A DNA stretch of 64,000 bases from an uncultured Saprospiraceae bacterium (GTDB taxonomy: Bacteria; Bacteroidota; Bacteroidia; Chitinophagales; Saprospiraceae): assembly GCA_964471595.1 (NCBI GenBank), contig CAYYGN010000006.1, positions 26,494 to 90,493 on the forward strand, given 5' to 3'. Shown here piece after piece: positions 44,989 to 55,776 of this stretch. The notes under the pieces were generated by a model. It made no database searches, was not told the origin of the DNA, and worked only from the letters and a program-made list of their open reading frames with translations. A program made the position numbers and the translations under genes. How positions within the stretch are numbered: the stretch's first letter is position 1; each line of letters begins with the position of its first letter.

Positions 44989-46971
44989 ATGAACGGCTTT
45001 TCCATGAGACTCATATTGATGTTTTTTACCGGCCTAGGCCTGGTGTCCCCGCTGCGTGCCCAGCAGGATCCTGTCCTGTTTACGGTGGATGACCAACCGG
45101 TGTCGGTCAGCGAATTCGAATACATCTACACAAAAACCAATGGCCCCCGGGCCGATTTCAGCCTCCCCTCACTGAGTGAATATCTCGAACTGTATAAGAA
45201 GTTTAAGCTCAAAGTGCGCGAGGCGCGCGCCATGCAACTGGACACCCTTCCCTCGCTCAGGCAGGAGCTGGCCGGTTACCGCAAGCAACTGGCCAACAAT
45301 TACCTCATCGACAAGGAAGTGACCAACATGTTGTTGGACGAGGCCTACGAGCGGATGCAGAAGGATGTGCGATTCCGCCATATTCTGGTCAAGGCGGACC
45401 TGAACGCTGCGCCAGAGGATACGCTCAAGGCCCGCAAGAAAATCGAAGAAGCCCGCAAGGCGCTCGAGAGCAATCCCTGGGATCAGGTGGTCCGCGCTTA
45501 CAGCGAGGATGAGACCACAATGGCCCAGAATGGCGATCTCGGGTTTTTCACAGCCATATTTCCCAACGGTTTTTACCAGTTGGAATCGCTGGTTTACAAA
45601 ACGCCCGTCAATCAGGTGGCAGGTCCGGTCAGGACCAAACTCGGCTATCATCTCATTCAGGTGACGGACACGAGGCCGGCGCGCGGTGAAATGGAAGCGG
45701 CGCACATCCTGATCCGCAAGAATCCGGAGGCGGAACAGGACCCGTCACGTGCCCGCATCGACAGCATCTACGCCGCCCTGCAGGCAGGAGCAGATTTTGC
45801 CACTCTGGCGCGGGAGCTATCGGAAGACCGTATGTCTTCGGCCAAAGGCGGGAATATCGGTGTATTCGGGATTGGCCGGTATGAAAAGCCGTTCGAAGAC
45901 GCCGCTTTCGCCCTCGCTGCCGACGGAGATATCAGCCGCCCTATCGAAACCAGTGCGGGATGGCATGTCATTCGCCGCATTCGCGGGCCGGTGGCCGAAA
46001 CGCCCGAAATGGCCCGGCGTCGTCTCGAGCCCCGCGTCAAACGCGATGAGCGGTTTGAACTGGCGAGGGCCAGCATGATCGAGAAGATCAAGAAGCAAAT
46101 CGGCGTTGAGGAAAAGACGCAAGTCCTTGCGGCTTTCACGGCCTCGCAGAACGATACACTGTTCACATTCCTGTGGAAGCCGGTTCCAGGTGCTCTCACC
46201 GGCCAGACCCTGCTGACCATGGGCAAAGCGCGTTCCTATACCGTGGGCGATTTCGAGGCCTTCCTGCAAAAGAACGCAAGCAAACGCGTCAACTTCAAGC
46301 GGAGTGGCGATCTGGCGGGCGGCATCCAGGCCTTGTTCGACGAATTTGTCCGCGAGGAATGCGTGCGGTACGAAGAGGAAAGGCTGGAGGACAAATACCC
46401 GGAGTTTCGCGCGTTGATGCGGGAGTACGAGGAGGGAATTCTCTTGTTTGAAGCCACCAAGCGGAAGGTATGGGATCGAGCCGGTCAGGACACTACCGGA
46501 TTGGAGGCCTTCTTCCGCAGTGATGCCGCTCCCAAATACCAATGGGGCGAACGGGCGCGGGTGACCTATTATCAGGTGCAAGACACGGATCCCAAGTTAT
46601 TGGAATCCGTGCGCAAGCAGGCCGCTTCCCGTACGCCGGAGCAGGTGATGAAAAAATTCAACAAAGACGAAAAAGCCGTTGTGACCACACGGGAATTCCT
46701 GTACGAACACGGTAAGAATCCGGTGGTGGACGAGATGGTGTGGGCACCCGGTACGCTCTCCTTCAACGAGGTGGACAAGCGCAACCAGGGATGGGCCTTC
46801 TTCAAAATCGAAGAGATCCTGCCCCCGATGCCCAAAACCCTCGATGAGGCCCGCGGGTATGTGATCGCCGATTACCAGGACAAGCTGGAACGGGACTGGG
46901 TCAACGAACTCGCAGATAAGTACCGGATCAAGGTCAACCAACCTGCCTTCCAGCAGTTGATCAGAAAATAA
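44989..46971 (+). CDS. Peptidyl-prolyl cis-trans isomerase with two parvulin (PpiC) domains, SurA/PpiD-like
   Basis: Signal peptide MNGFSMRLILMFFTGLGLVSPLRAQ. The two parvulin domains are ...NGDLGFF...KLGYHLIQV and ...GGNIGVFG...SAGWHVIRR. Confidence 0.8.
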   Translation: MNGFSMRLILMFFTGLGLVSPLRAQQDPVLFTVDDQPVSVSEFEYIYTKTNGPRADFSLPSLSEYLELYKKFKLKVREARAMQLDTLPSLRQELAGYRKQLANNYLIDKEVTNMLLDEAYERMQKDVRFRHILVKADLNAAPEDTLKARKKIEEARKALESNPWDQVVRAYSEDETTMAQNGDLGFFTAIFPNGFYQLESLVYKTPVNQVAGPVRTKLGYHLIQVTDTRPARGEMEAAHILIRKNPEAEQDPSRARIDSIYAALQAGADFATLARELSEDRMSSAKGGNIGVFGIGRYEKPFEDAAFALAADGDISRPIETSAGWHVIRRIRGPVAETPEMARRRLEPRVKRDERFELARASMIEKIKKQIGVEEKTQVLAAFTASQNDTLFTFLWKPVPGALTGQTLLTMGKARSYTVGDFEAFLQKNASKRVNFKRSGDLAGGIQALFDEFVREECVRYEEERLEDKYPEFRALMREYEEGILLFEATKRKVWDRAGQDTTGLEAFFRSDAAPKYQWGERARVTYYQVQDTDPKLLESVRKQAASRTPEQVMKKFNKDEKAVVTTREFLYEHGKNPVVDEMVWAPGTLSFNEVDKRNQGWAFFKIEEILPPMPKTLDEARGYVIADYQDKLERDWVNELADKYRIKVNQPAFQQLIRK

Positions 46972-46977
46972 TCGGTC

Positions 46978-47832
46978 ATGATGGCAAAGGCTGCCTGGAT
47001 GTTGATCGGGGTCGTGCTGGCCATCGCCTGCGAGCGGACAGGGCTGGCGCCGGAACCGCAAGACGTTCTGTTGGCCGAAGTCTTCCAGAAGAAACTCTAT
47101 CTCGGGGATGTGCGCAACATGTTGCACGAGGATGCCAGTCCCCAGGACAGCACGCGTATCATCAACGCGTATGTGGCCCGATGGGTACGCGATCAACTGT
47201 TGCTGGCCAAGGCCGAGGAGAACATCCCCAAGGACCTCAATATCGACAAGCTGGTGGCCGATTACCGGGCCTCTCTCGTGTTGCATCTGTATGAAAGGCG
47301 CCTCATGGAAACCCAGCTGGACTCTGCTGTCAACGAGGCGGAATTGATCGCCTTTTACGAAGCCAACAAGGAGCAGTATCTCCTGGAAAAGCCCATTGCA
47401 CGGATCCTTTTCCTCAAGTTGCGGGCGGACAGTCCCAATCTCCGGCAGGCCCTGGGATGGTGGAATCAACCCTCCGATGACAACATGCGCAAGCTGCGTC
47501 ACTATGCCCGTCGCCATGCGGCGGAAGCCCTTTTGCAGGACACCGTTTGGATGCGGCTGGACGAGATCGTTCAACTGGTATCCCCGAAAGTCATCAACGA
47601 GTCAAGCCTGGAACCCGGCAAGGAGGTGCGTTATCAGGACGGGGATTACCATTACCTGCTCAAGGTGGAAGAAGCACGGTCCACCCTGGAAGTGGCCCCC
47701 ATGGCTTATATCCGCGATCAGGCCACGCGCGCCATCCTTCTCCAGCGGCAGGTGGCGCTCCTCGAATCGGTCAAAGACCGTCTGTTCGAAGCGGAGATCC
47801 GTAAAAACAATGTTAAAATCCATACCCAGTGA
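46978..47832 (+). CDS. Lipoprotein with a SurA-N-like chaperone architecture (no PPIase motif seen)
   Basis: The N-terminus ...GVVLAIAC carries a lipobox. The helical region is similar in style to SurA N-terminal domains. The assignment is weak. Confidence 0.55.
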   Translation: MMAKAAWMLIGVVLAIACERTGLAPEPQDVLLAEVFQKKLYLGDVRNMLHEDASPQDSTRIINAYVARWVRDQLLLAKAEENIPKDLNIDKLVADYRASLVLHLYERRLMETQLDSAVNEAELIAFYEANKEQYLLEKPIARILFLKLRADSPNLRQALGWWNQPSDDNMRKLRHYARRHAAEALLQDTVWMRLDEIVQLVSPKVINESSLEPGKEVRYQDGDYHYLLKVEEARSTLEVAPMAYIRDQATRAILLQRQVALLESVKDRLFEAEIRKNNVKIHTQ

Positions 47833-47866
47833 AGGCGGCGACGCCCGAACGTCCTACTTTGCCATC

Positions 47867-49255
47867 ATGAAGCCGACTTTCATCATTTTTTTGTGCGCCT
47901 TGGCGTGGACGGGAATGGCGACATCCGCTACCGCTCAGGAAACACGGGTGATCGACAAAATTGTCGGCGCCGTAGGGGGAGAGGTCATTCTCCTGTCCGA
48001 AATCGAGCAGCAGGCCGCCTATCTGCAATCGCAAAAGGGGGGGCTGCCTCCCAACGGGCGCTGCCTGATCATGGAAAACATGCTGGCCCAGAATCTGATG
48101 TTGCACCGGGCGCGCATGGATTCCGTCAATGTCACGGACGAGGAAGTGGAAACCATGATCGAGTCGCGGATGGACCGCATCCTCGCGATGATGAACAACG
48201 ATTACCAGCAGTTTGAGGATTATTACGGCCGCACCGTAGCCGAGATCCGGGCCGAAATGCGGGAACCCATGCGCAATCAGGCGCTGGTGGAGCGGATTCA
48301 GGCCCAGATCCTTACCTCCATCACCATCACGCCATCGGAGGTACGCGCCTTTTTCGAGCGGGTGCCCAAAGACAGCCTGCCCTATTTCAATTCGGAGGTC
48401 GAGATGGCAGAGATCCTCTATTACCCCAAAGTGAATGCCACCCAGAAGGAGTTGGCCTACGTGGAAATTTCCCGTTTGCGCAAGCTCATTACCGAAGGCG
48501 AGCAAAACTTTGCGGACGTGGCCTCCAGGTATTCCCACGACCAGGGTTCGGCGCGTGCCGGCGGCGACCTGGGGTGGCAGAAGCGCGGCACCTTCGTTCC
48601 GGAATTTGAAGCCGTAGCATACAACCTCGAACCGGGAGAAATTTCGGAGATCTTCGAATCGCCTTTTGGCTACCACTTCGTGCAGCTCCTGGAGCGCCGG
48701 GGCAGTTTGCTGCACACCCGGCATGTCCTGATCACGGCCCGCATCGAACAGTCCGATCTCGATCTCGCCGAGCATTTCCTCGACAGCCTCCGTCAGAAAA
48801 TGGAAACGGATACGTCCTTTACCTTCGAGACGGCACTCAAAGCCCACGGCGACAAAACCGCCCAGAGCTACAACAACGGCGGACGAATGCTCAATCCCCA
48901 GTCAGGCAATACCTTCTTTGAAATCAGCGACCTGGACCATCGAATCTTTTTTGTCATCGATACGCTCCAGGTCGGACAGATCAGCCGACCGGTCATGCAA
49001 CAGGACCCCATGGGTAAAACCCATTTCCGGTTGATCAAGCTCTTGTCCCGCAGCAAGCCGCACAAAGCCAGTCTGAAACAGGACTACGCCCGGATCCAGG
49101 AGGCGGCGTTGGCCGAAAAGAAATCCAAGCACCTGGATGAATGGGTGGCCCGCCACATCCGGAATACATACGTGGACATGGACGCCGATTACAGGGAATG
49201 TCCCAATCTGAAGGTGTGGGTCGAAGCCCTTTCCCGGTCCGGAACCGAGCCCTGA
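47867..49255 (+). CDS. surA: SurA-like periplasmic chaperone / parvulin PPIase
   Basis: The start is trimmed to MKPTFIIFLCALAWTGMATSATAQ at 47867, because the track ORF 47396.. overlaps the upstream gene. It has a SurA N-domain, then the parvulin domain GGDLGWQKRGTFVPEFE...PFGYHFVQL. Confidence 0.8.
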   Translation: MKPTFIIFLCALAWTGMATSATAQETRVIDKIVGAVGGEVILLSEIEQQAAYLQSQKGGLPPNGRCLIMENMLAQNLMLHRARMDSVNVTDEEVETMIESRMDRILAMMNNDYQQFEDYYGRTVAEIRAEMREPMRNQALVERIQAQILTSITITPSEVRAFFERVPKDSLPYFNSEVEMAEILYYPKVNATQKELAYVEISRLRKLITEGEQNFADVASRYSHDQGSARAGGDLGWQKRGTFVPEFEAVAYNLEPGEISEIFESPFGYHFVQLLERRGSLLHTRHVLITARIEQSDLDLAEHFLDSLRQKMETDTSFTFETALKAHGDKTAQSYNNGGRMLNPQSGNTFFEISDLDHRIFFVIDTLQVGQISRPVMQQDPMGKTHFRLIKLLSRSKPHKASLKQDYARIQEAALAEKKSKHLDEWVARHIRNTYVDMDADYRECPNLKVWVEALSRSGTEP

Positions 49256-49287
49256 TAAAGGCCTTCTGTGTCCTTTTCTGACCGGGG

Positions 49288-51318
49288 TCAACCCGGGAAC
49301 CGGCTTTTGAGGGCTTTTTTGAGGGCCTGGACTTCGTCCCGGTACCGGGCTGCTTCCATGAAATCGTAGTCTTTGGCCGCCGCTTTCATTTTGGCCTCGG
49401 CATCGGCGATCATGTGCTCGAGTTGATCGCGGGTGGCCTGATGAACCACGGGGTCAGCCGCCACGCTGGGTTCTTCGGGTTCGAGGTAAACGTTGTAATT
49501 CCGCCCTCGTATGTCGAGGATGGACCGCTGGGCCATGATCTCTTCCCGGCTCCGGAATACCGTGGCCGGTGTGATGCCGTGCGCTTCGTTGTAGGCCGTT
49601 TGGACGGCGCGTCGCCGGTTGGTCTCGTCGATGGTTTTTTGCATGGAATCCGTCACCTTGTCCGCATAGAAAATGACGAGGCCGTTGGCGTTTCTGGCGG
49701 CGCGTCCGGCCGTTTGGGTCAGGGAGCGGTCGTTGCGCAGGAATCCTTCCTTGTCCGCGTCCAGGATGGCGACGAGGCTGACTTCAGGCAGGTCCAGGCC
49801 TTCCCGGAGCAAATTGACCCCTACCAGTACGTCAAAACCGCCGAGGCGAAGGTCGCGGAGGATCTCCACCCGTTCCATGGTTTCGACTTCGGAATGGATG
49901 TAGCGGCAACGGATATCGAAGCGGGTGAGGTAGGTGGTCAGCTCTTCGGCCATCCGCTTGGTGAGGGTGGTCACAAGAGTGCGCTCGTTGCGCTCTACGC
50001 GCAAGCGGATTTCTTCCAGCAGATCGTCAATCTGATGGATGCTCGGACGCACTTCCACGGGAGGATCGAGCAGTCCGGTGGGGCGGATGAGCTGCTCGAC
50101 AAAAACACCGCCGGTTTGCTCCAGTTCGTAATCGCCGGGCGTGGCGCTGACGAAAATGACCTGGTTGATCAGGCCTTCGAATTCTTCGAAATTCAGCGGG
50201 CGGTTGTCGAGGGCGGAGGCAAGGCGGAATCCGTAATTGACGAGGTTGATTTTGCGGGCCCGGTCGCCGCCCCACATGCCCCGCACCTGGGGCAGGGTCA
50301 CATGGCTCTCGTCGATGATCATTAAATAATCTTCCGGAAAATAATCGAGGAGGCAAAAGGGTCTGGTGCCGGGTTCGCGGCCGTCAAAAAAGCGGCTGTA
50401 ATTCTCGACCCCGGAACAATAACCGAGCTCCCTGAGCATTTCGAGATCGAAAGTCACCCGCTCCCGGATGCGGTGGGCTTCGAGGTTTTTCCGCTCGCTC
50501 AGAAAATACTGTTCCTGGCTGTAGAGTTCGTCTTCGATCTGGCGGATGATGCTGTGGAGCCGGTCCTTGGGGGCGACATACAGGTTGGCTGGAAAAATGG
50601 CGGCGTGCTCCAGGGATTCGATGCGTTTGCCGGAACTGATCTCCAGGGTCTCGATCGACTCGATTTCATCGCCGAAAAACGTGATCCGGTAACCGTATTC
50701 GACATAGGGGAGATGAATGTCCACGGTGTCACCGCGCACCCGGAAAGTGGCGCGTTCCAGCGTGGTCTCGGTGCGGCTGTACAGGCTTTCCACCAGGCGA
50801 TACAAAAAGGCGTTGCGACTGAAGACCTGCCCCTTGTGAATACGGATGATCCCGCTTTTGTAGTCTTCGGGATTCCCCATGCCGTAAATGCATGAAACCG
50901 AAGCGACGATAATGATGTCGCGTCGCCCGGACAGCAGGGAGGAGGTGGCGCGGAGCCGGAGTTTGTCCACCTCTTCATTGATCTGAAGGTCTTTTTCGAT
51001 ATAGGTGTCCGAGGCGGAGATATAGGCCTCGGGTTGGTAGTAATCGTAATAAGAGACGAAGTATTCGACGGCGTTCTCGGGAAAGAATTCGCGAAATTCA
51101 CCGTAAAGCTGTGCCGTGAGGGTTTTGTTGTGGGTGAGGACGAGGGTCGGGCGATTGAGCCGGGCAATGACGTTGGCGGCCGTGAAGGTTTTGCCGGAAC
51201 CGGTGACGCCGAGCAGGACCTGGGACCTTTCCCCGGATTCGATCCCGTGGACGAGTTGTTCGATGGCCTGTGGCTGGTCGCCGGTAGGTTGGAAGCGGGA
51301 GACGAGTTGGAAGGCCAT
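49288..51318 (-). CDS. uvrB: Excinuclease ABC subunit B
   Basis: Walker A GVTGSGKTFT, helicase motifs (DESH) and a C-terminal UVR domain (DYDFMEAARYRDEVQALK). Confidence 0.95.
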   Translation of the reverse strand: MAFQLVSRFQPTGDQPQAIEQLVHGIESGERSQVLLGVTGSGKTFTAANVIARLNRPTLVLTHNKTLTAQLYGEFREFFPENAVEYFVSYYDYYQPEAYISASDTYIEKDLQINEEVDKLRLRATSSLLSGRRDIIIVASVSCIYGMGNPEDYKSGIIRIHKGQVFSRNAFLYRLVESLYSRTETTLERATFRVRGDTVDIHLPYVEYGYRITFFGDEIESIETLEISSGKRIESLEHAAIFPANLYVAPKDRLHSIIRQIEDELYSQEQYFLSERKNLEAHRIRERVTFDLEMLRELGYCSGVENYSRFFDGREPGTRPFCLLDYFPEDYLMIIDESHVTLPQVRGMWGGDRARKINLVNYGFRLASALDNRPLNFEEFEGLINQVIFVSATPGDYELEQTGGVFVEQLIRPTGLLDPPVEVRPSIHQIDDLLEEIRLRVERNERTLVTTLTKRMAEELTTYLTRFDIRCRYIHSEVETMERVEILRDLRLGGFDVLVGVNLLREGLDLPEVSLVAILDADKEGFLRNDRSLTQTAGRAARNANGLVIFYADKVTDSMQKTIDETNRRRAVQTAYNEAHGITPATVFRSREEIMAQRSILDIRGRNYNVYLEPEEPSVAADPVVHQATRDQLEHMIADAEAKMKAAAKDYDFMEAARYRDEVQALKKALKSRFPG

Positions 51319-51342
51319 CGGGCAAAGATAAGGCCGGGCGGG

Positions 51343-53004
51343 TCAGAAAATGAAGTAGATGAAAGGCTGCAACTCGGCAGTAAGGACCTGATAGACCAAC
51401 AGGACCGCGCCGGCAGCGGCAGCGGCTTGGGCGGCAAGAGGGGCGCGGGCAAACGTCACCCGAAGGCCGGATTTCCAGCGGGCCGGCAACCAGTGAATGA
51501 CATAACCGGTCACCATGATCGCGAAGACGGTGTAGTAACCGGTGATCACTTCCGGGATGAGGTCGGCACGAAAAGCATACACGATGCGGGACAGCATCAG
51601 GGAGGCCATTTCCAGACTTTCGCCCCGAAACCAGGTGCGGGTGAAGGTGATGAAAGTCAGCGTGAGGAGGATGGCGGCAGAACGGTACAACCAGGTTTCT
51701 TTACCGGCGAGGAGGCCCCATCGTTTGGCGTATTTGTACACCACCAGGCCCATTCCGTTGAGGGCGCCCCAAATGACCATGTTCCAGCTCGCCCCGTGCC
51801 AAAGACCTCCGATGGTCATGGTCAGCATCAGGTTGATATTGGTGTGCACGTGGTGCCGGACACGCGGTAAAAAGCGCATCAACAGCCAAAGGCCCCCCAG
51901 GGTGGATGCGATAATACCGGCGGTGGTCCACGACCGGTCAAACAGGAGAATGAACAAAGCGATCAGACCCACCATCACCCAGGAGAACAGGGACCCGTGC
52001 CGGTTGCCTCCCATCGGGATGTACAGGTAGTCTTTCAGCCAGGTAGAAAGGGAGATATGCCAGCGTTTCCAGAATTCCCCCACATTGCGCGCTTTGTAAG
52101 GCGAATTGAAATTGACGGGGAGGGTAAAGCCGAGCAGGGCGGCCACGCCGATGGCGATATCCGTATAGCCGGAAAAATCCGCATAGACCTGCAGCGAATA
52201 GCCGAACAGGGCCATCAGGTTTTCAAACCCGCTGAAGGAGCCCGGTTGTGCGAAGACCCGGTCAATAAAATTGACGGCCAGATAATCGGCGAGAAAAATC
52301 TTTTTGATCAGGCCGTTGAGGATCCAGAATACAGCGATGCCGAAGGCAGCGCGGGTCAGATGGTAAGGCCGCGACAACTGGGGGACAAACTCGGAGGCGC
52401 GCACGATGGGACCTGCCACCAGTTGCGGAAAAAAGGAAACATAAAATCCGAAATCCGTCAAATTTCGGACGGGCTCGATCTGCCGGCGGTAAACATCAAT
52501 GGCATAGCTCATAGTCTGAAAAGTGAAAAAAGAAATCCCCACCGGCAGGAGAATTTTTTCAGCGCGGAAGGACGTTCCGAAAAATCCGTTGCTCCAATGG
52601 GCGAGATGGTTGTACACGGTATATTCGGTGCCGAGCAGGGCGTTGAAAGTATCGGTAAAAAAATACGCGTATTTGAAATAGACCAAGACACCCACGTTGA
52701 GGAAAATGCTCAATGCCAGCCAGGACTTGCGGGCGGTGGTGCCAGAAGTTTTGGCCATGGCCAGGCCGATCCAGTAATCGGTGAAAGTGGAAAAAAGGAG
52801 CAATCCGACAAACAAACCGCTCGTCTTGTAATAAAAAAAGAGACTGACGACAAAGAGATAGGCGTTGCGCCAGCGTTGACGCGGATACACCACGCTGTAT
52901 CCGATCAGGACGACGGCGAAGAAAAGCCAGAAAAAGGTCTGGGTAAAAAGGAGAGGCTGGTCACTCCGGTAAAAGAGGCTTTCCCACCATGAGGCTACAT
53001 TCAT
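51343..53004 (-). CDS. MBOAT-family O-acyltransferase (AlgI/PatA/DltB-like)
   Basis: The start is trimmed to MNVASWWESLF at 53004. The signature is FWKRWHISLSTWLKDYLYIPMGGNR, with the conserved His context GGLWHGASW. Confidence 0.9.
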   Translation of the reverse strand: MNVASWWESLFYRSDQPLLFTQTFFWLFFAVVLIGYSVVYPRQRWRNAYLFVVSLFFYYKTSGLFVGLLLFSTFTDYWIGLAMAKTSGTTARKSWLALSIFLNVGVLVYFKYAYFFTDTFNALLGTEYTVYNHLAHWSNGFFGTSFRAEKILLPVGISFFTFQTMSYAIDVYRRQIEPVRNLTDFGFYVSFFPQLVAGPIVRASEFVPQLSRPYHLTRAAFGIAVFWILNGLIKKIFLADYLAVNFIDRVFAQPGSFSGFENLMALFGYSLQVYADFSGYTDIAIGVAALLGFTLPVNFNSPYKARNVGEFWKRWHISLSTWLKDYLYIPMGGNRHGSLFSWVMVGLIALFILLFDRSWTTAGIIASTLGGLWLLMRFLPRVRHHVHTNINLMLTMTIGGLWHGASWNMVIWGALNGMGLVVYKYAKRWGLLAGKETWLYRSAAILLTLTFITFTRTWFRGESLEMASLMLSRIVYAFRADLIPEVITGYYTVFAIMVTGYVIHWLPARWKSGLRVTFARAPLAAQAAAAAGAVLLVYQVLTAELQPFIYFIF

Positions 53005-54266
53005 TTTGCCGTCATTTGGGAGATGGAACAATGGGCGCCTTCCTGCAGGATGGCCTGGGCCAGCATTTGACCGAGCAGGGCATAACCGGCCGGTGTGAAA
53101 TGAATGCGGTCTTTTTTGGCCAATCCCTCCTTCTGCCATGCGGTGATGGAATTGATGCCTCCCATGAGGGCAAACTGATCCCAGACGGCTGCTTCATGGC
53201 ACGCAGCCAGAGCGTACACCGCTTCCACGGCTTTGCGCACGTTTTGGTTGACGTGTCTTCGTTTGTACCAGGTGTCATTATTGGTAATGAGCAATATGGC
53301 GACGCCGGGATTGACGCGCCGGCAGAGACGGATCAGGGCGTCATACCGGTTGGCAAATCCTGCGGCATCAAATCGCCCGTTGGGGGCGTATGCGTCGTTG
53401 ACGCCTATGCCCAGTATGACCAGATCGGGGCATATCATTTCCATCTGACCTTCCAGAAGGGCGCATCCCAGGAAGGTGCGCAGACTGGCGCCATTGGCAC
53501 CGGCGGCATGATAAACGGCTCCGGGTCCAAGGTTCATGAACTGGATGCCCAACAGGACGAATTGCCAGGTACTGTCTTCCGGCCTGGAAGGCAGCAGGAC
53601 AAAGTCGAGCTCCTCCTGCGGGGCATCAAACGCCCATTCGATCCATCCTGCGGACGTGTCTACGGATATCCGGGACGGACAATCCCGGCCAAACGGCTCG
53701 GGGTGCATATTGCTGCCTGCGGCATCGTAATACACGCGCACCGTCTGGAAAGATGCATTTTTTCCATCGGGAAACCGGTGAGAAATACGGGCCGAGGCCA
53801 TGGGTTCACGGGTTACGGCGCGCAGAGCACTCAGGCCATATACCCCCTCCCCCGGCATCCGGACGGCGCGGGTGCCCTCCCATTGGCCCGTCCAGGAGGT
53901 GCGCAGGAAGCCGGGGTTGTTGGTGCCGGCAAGGGCATAGGGGAAAAAGAAACCGGGTTGTACCTCCTGTCCATCGGGAAGTCCCGTAGCCAGACCCTTG
54001 CGGATGGACTGGCTAAAACTGCCTCCCTGCACATGCGAACCTCCCAGGTGGAGGATTTGGATCTGCCCGGATTCGCCGGCCTTCAGTCCGGCCCACTTTT
54101 GGTACAAGCGATCCCACGAAGAGGATGGTACGGGAAACTGGAGCTCCTGGCAAAGCGGCTCGATGAAGGGCAGGCGGGTGACGAGGCTGTCCGCCAGAAA
54201 ATCCTGAGCCCCGCTACGGCCGGGGATCATCAGGAGGATTGCTGCCCACGCTAATGGCCGCATCAT
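53001..54266 (-). CDS. SGNH/GDSL-family hydrolase/acyltransferase-like protein (secreted)
   Basis: The start is trimmed to MMRPLAWAAILLMIPGRSGAQ at 54266. SGNH blocks: ILHLGGSH (I), ILGIGVNDA (III), DRIHFTPAGY (V). It has 4-nt overlaps with both neighbours. Confidence 0.7.
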   Translation of the reverse strand: MMRPLAWAAILLMIPGRSGAQDFLADSLVTRLPFIEPLCQELQFPVPSSSWDRLYQKWAGLKAGESGQIQILHLGGSHVQGGSFSQSIRKGLATGLPDGQEVQPGFFFPYALAGTNNPGFLRTSWTGQWEGTRAVRMPGEGVYGLSALRAVTREPMASARISHRFPDGKNASFQTVRVYYDAAGSNMHPEPFGRDCPSRISVDTSAGWIEWAFDAPQEELDFVLLPSRPEDSTWQFVLLGIQFMNLGPGAVYHAAGANGASLRTFLGCALLEGQMEMICPDLVILGIGVNDAYAPNGRFDAAGFANRYDALIRLCRRVNPGVAILLITNNDTWYKRRHVNQNVRKAVEAVYALAACHEAAVWDQFALMGGINSITAWQKEGLAKKDRIHFTPAGYALLGQMLAQAILQEGAHCSISQMTAK

Positions 54267-55723
54267 TGGTTGGGTGGCATTTGACCCGGTATCCCGGCCT
54301 CCCGGAAGGCTTCCAGGATCCAGTCGGCCACCTTGCGGGCGCCGGCGGGTGTAAAATGGACATGGTCGGCGGCGGCCAGGGGCGGATCGGCCGTCACCCA
54401 TCCCGGCATGCTGTTGCGTCCGCCCATGGCCTCATACAGGTCATAATAGGCAGCCCCCTGACTGAAGGCGGCGGCTTTCATGACATCCCGTACCACCGGG
54501 AGCAGTGGGTAGGTGACGTATTGGAGGTCCTGCTTGACCGACATGTCCGAAGGGCCGATCACCAGATAGGCGGCTTCGGGAAATTGCCGTTTGAGGTGGC
54601 GAATCTGGGCCGAGAAAAAGCGCCCGTATTCTTCGGCCGCCGCGGTGTCGGTCAGGTAGGGCATGATATTGCCGCCAAACTGAAGGATGATCAGAGCCAC
54701 ATCGTCTTCACCACATTGTTGGCGCATGACCGACAGGTCCATTTTGCCGAACTCGGTCCCCGAGCTGCCCCGCATAGGGATGTTGTCCACGAATATCCCA
54801 TGTTCCGACTCCAGGGAGATGCCGTAAAAATCGGGACTGACACGCCCTTCCAGAGTGACGCGTATCCCTTCCGGCCAACCGGAGGCCGACGACCAGGAGG
54901 GCGACAGCATGCCTTCACCGGGCAGCCAGATACCTTCGTCCCTGAGGTGATCACCCGCCCAAATCTCGTAGCGCAATGTATCGGTCCTGGGCCCAATGGC
55001 CAGGCGGGCCTGTCTCCAGGAAAGGCCACCCCTGCCAGGGACCAGCGAGAACGAAGCCGAAGAGGCAAATGCCGGATCTGTGGCAAGGGTGTCTGTTTTG
55101 CCGTCCTCACTCATGGGTCCGGACTGGGACGTGAACCGGGCAAAGGCACCCAGTAATCCGTACCGGTTATGGCCTTTGGACCTGGGGGTGCCAAAAACGG
55201 TATAACGCCACCATTGACCTTCTGCGGATTGCCTGACTTCCGGAGTGGGAATCGCCTCAACCACCGGCACCCATCCGGGACCGGTGCCGCCAAACAGTTC
55301 TTGCCATTGCCGGTTGAGCCATCCGCTGATGCGATGTCCCTCAATCTGACTGTCGCCGAAATGAAGAACGCGCACCCTGCCGGTCCGGCAACGGTTGGGC
55401 AGATCCCGCAGTAAACCGGCCCATACGGTCCCATCGTCTTCCGGAAACTGGATTTTCCGCATCCTCTCCCGGAATGCCGCTTCTTCGATGGCGGCCAGGG
55501 AATCAGCGCGGGCATCCTGATCCTTCCGGGCGTAGATATCGAAAAAGGCATCCATAGCCACATCCTGACCCCGGGCCTGATCCGACCAAAAGGCCTTCCA
55601 GGTCGGGAATTTGACGGTGATGCCGCCCACACGCCACCCGCCCTCGGGTACCAGACCCATCATCAGAGCGGTAAGACCGAATACCAGAATCAGGAACAGC
55701 AGGGTGCGCAGTGGAGTGACCAT
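54263..55723 (-). CDS. SGNH/GDSL-family hydrolase/acyltransferase-like protein (N-terminal membrane anchor)
   Basis: TM anchor MVTPLRTLLFLILVFGLTALMMGLV. SGNH blocks: VLHFGDSQIEG (I), ILQFGGN (III), ADHVHFTPAG (V). Confidence 0.7.
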   Translation of the reverse strand: MVTPLRTLLFLILVFGLTALMMGLVPEGGWRVGGITVKFPTWKAFWSDQARGQDVAMDAFFDIYARKDQDARADSLAAIEEAAFRERMRKIQFPEDDGTVWAGLLRDLPNRCRTGRVRVLHFGDSQIEGHRISGWLNRQWQELFGGTGPGWVPVVEAIPTPEVRQSAEGQWWRYTVFGTPRSKGHNRYGLLGAFARFTSQSGPMSEDGKTDTLATDPAFASSASFSLVPGRGGLSWRQARLAIGPRTDTLRYEIWAGDHLRDEGIWLPGEGMLSPSWSSASGWPEGIRVTLEGRVSPDFYGISLESEHGIFVDNIPMRGSSGTEFGKMDLSVMRQQCGEDDVALIILQFGGNIMPYLTDTAAAEEYGRFFSAQIRHLKRQFPEAAYLVIGPSDMSVKQDLQYVTYPLLPVVRDVMKAAAFSQGAAYYDLYEAMGGRNSMPGWVTADPPLAAADHVHFTPAGARKVADWILEAFREAGIPGQMPPNQ

Positions 55724-55776
55724 AGGCCGGAGACCGCGGCAAAGATAGCCAGCCAGAGGAATGCTGCAAGGACGGG

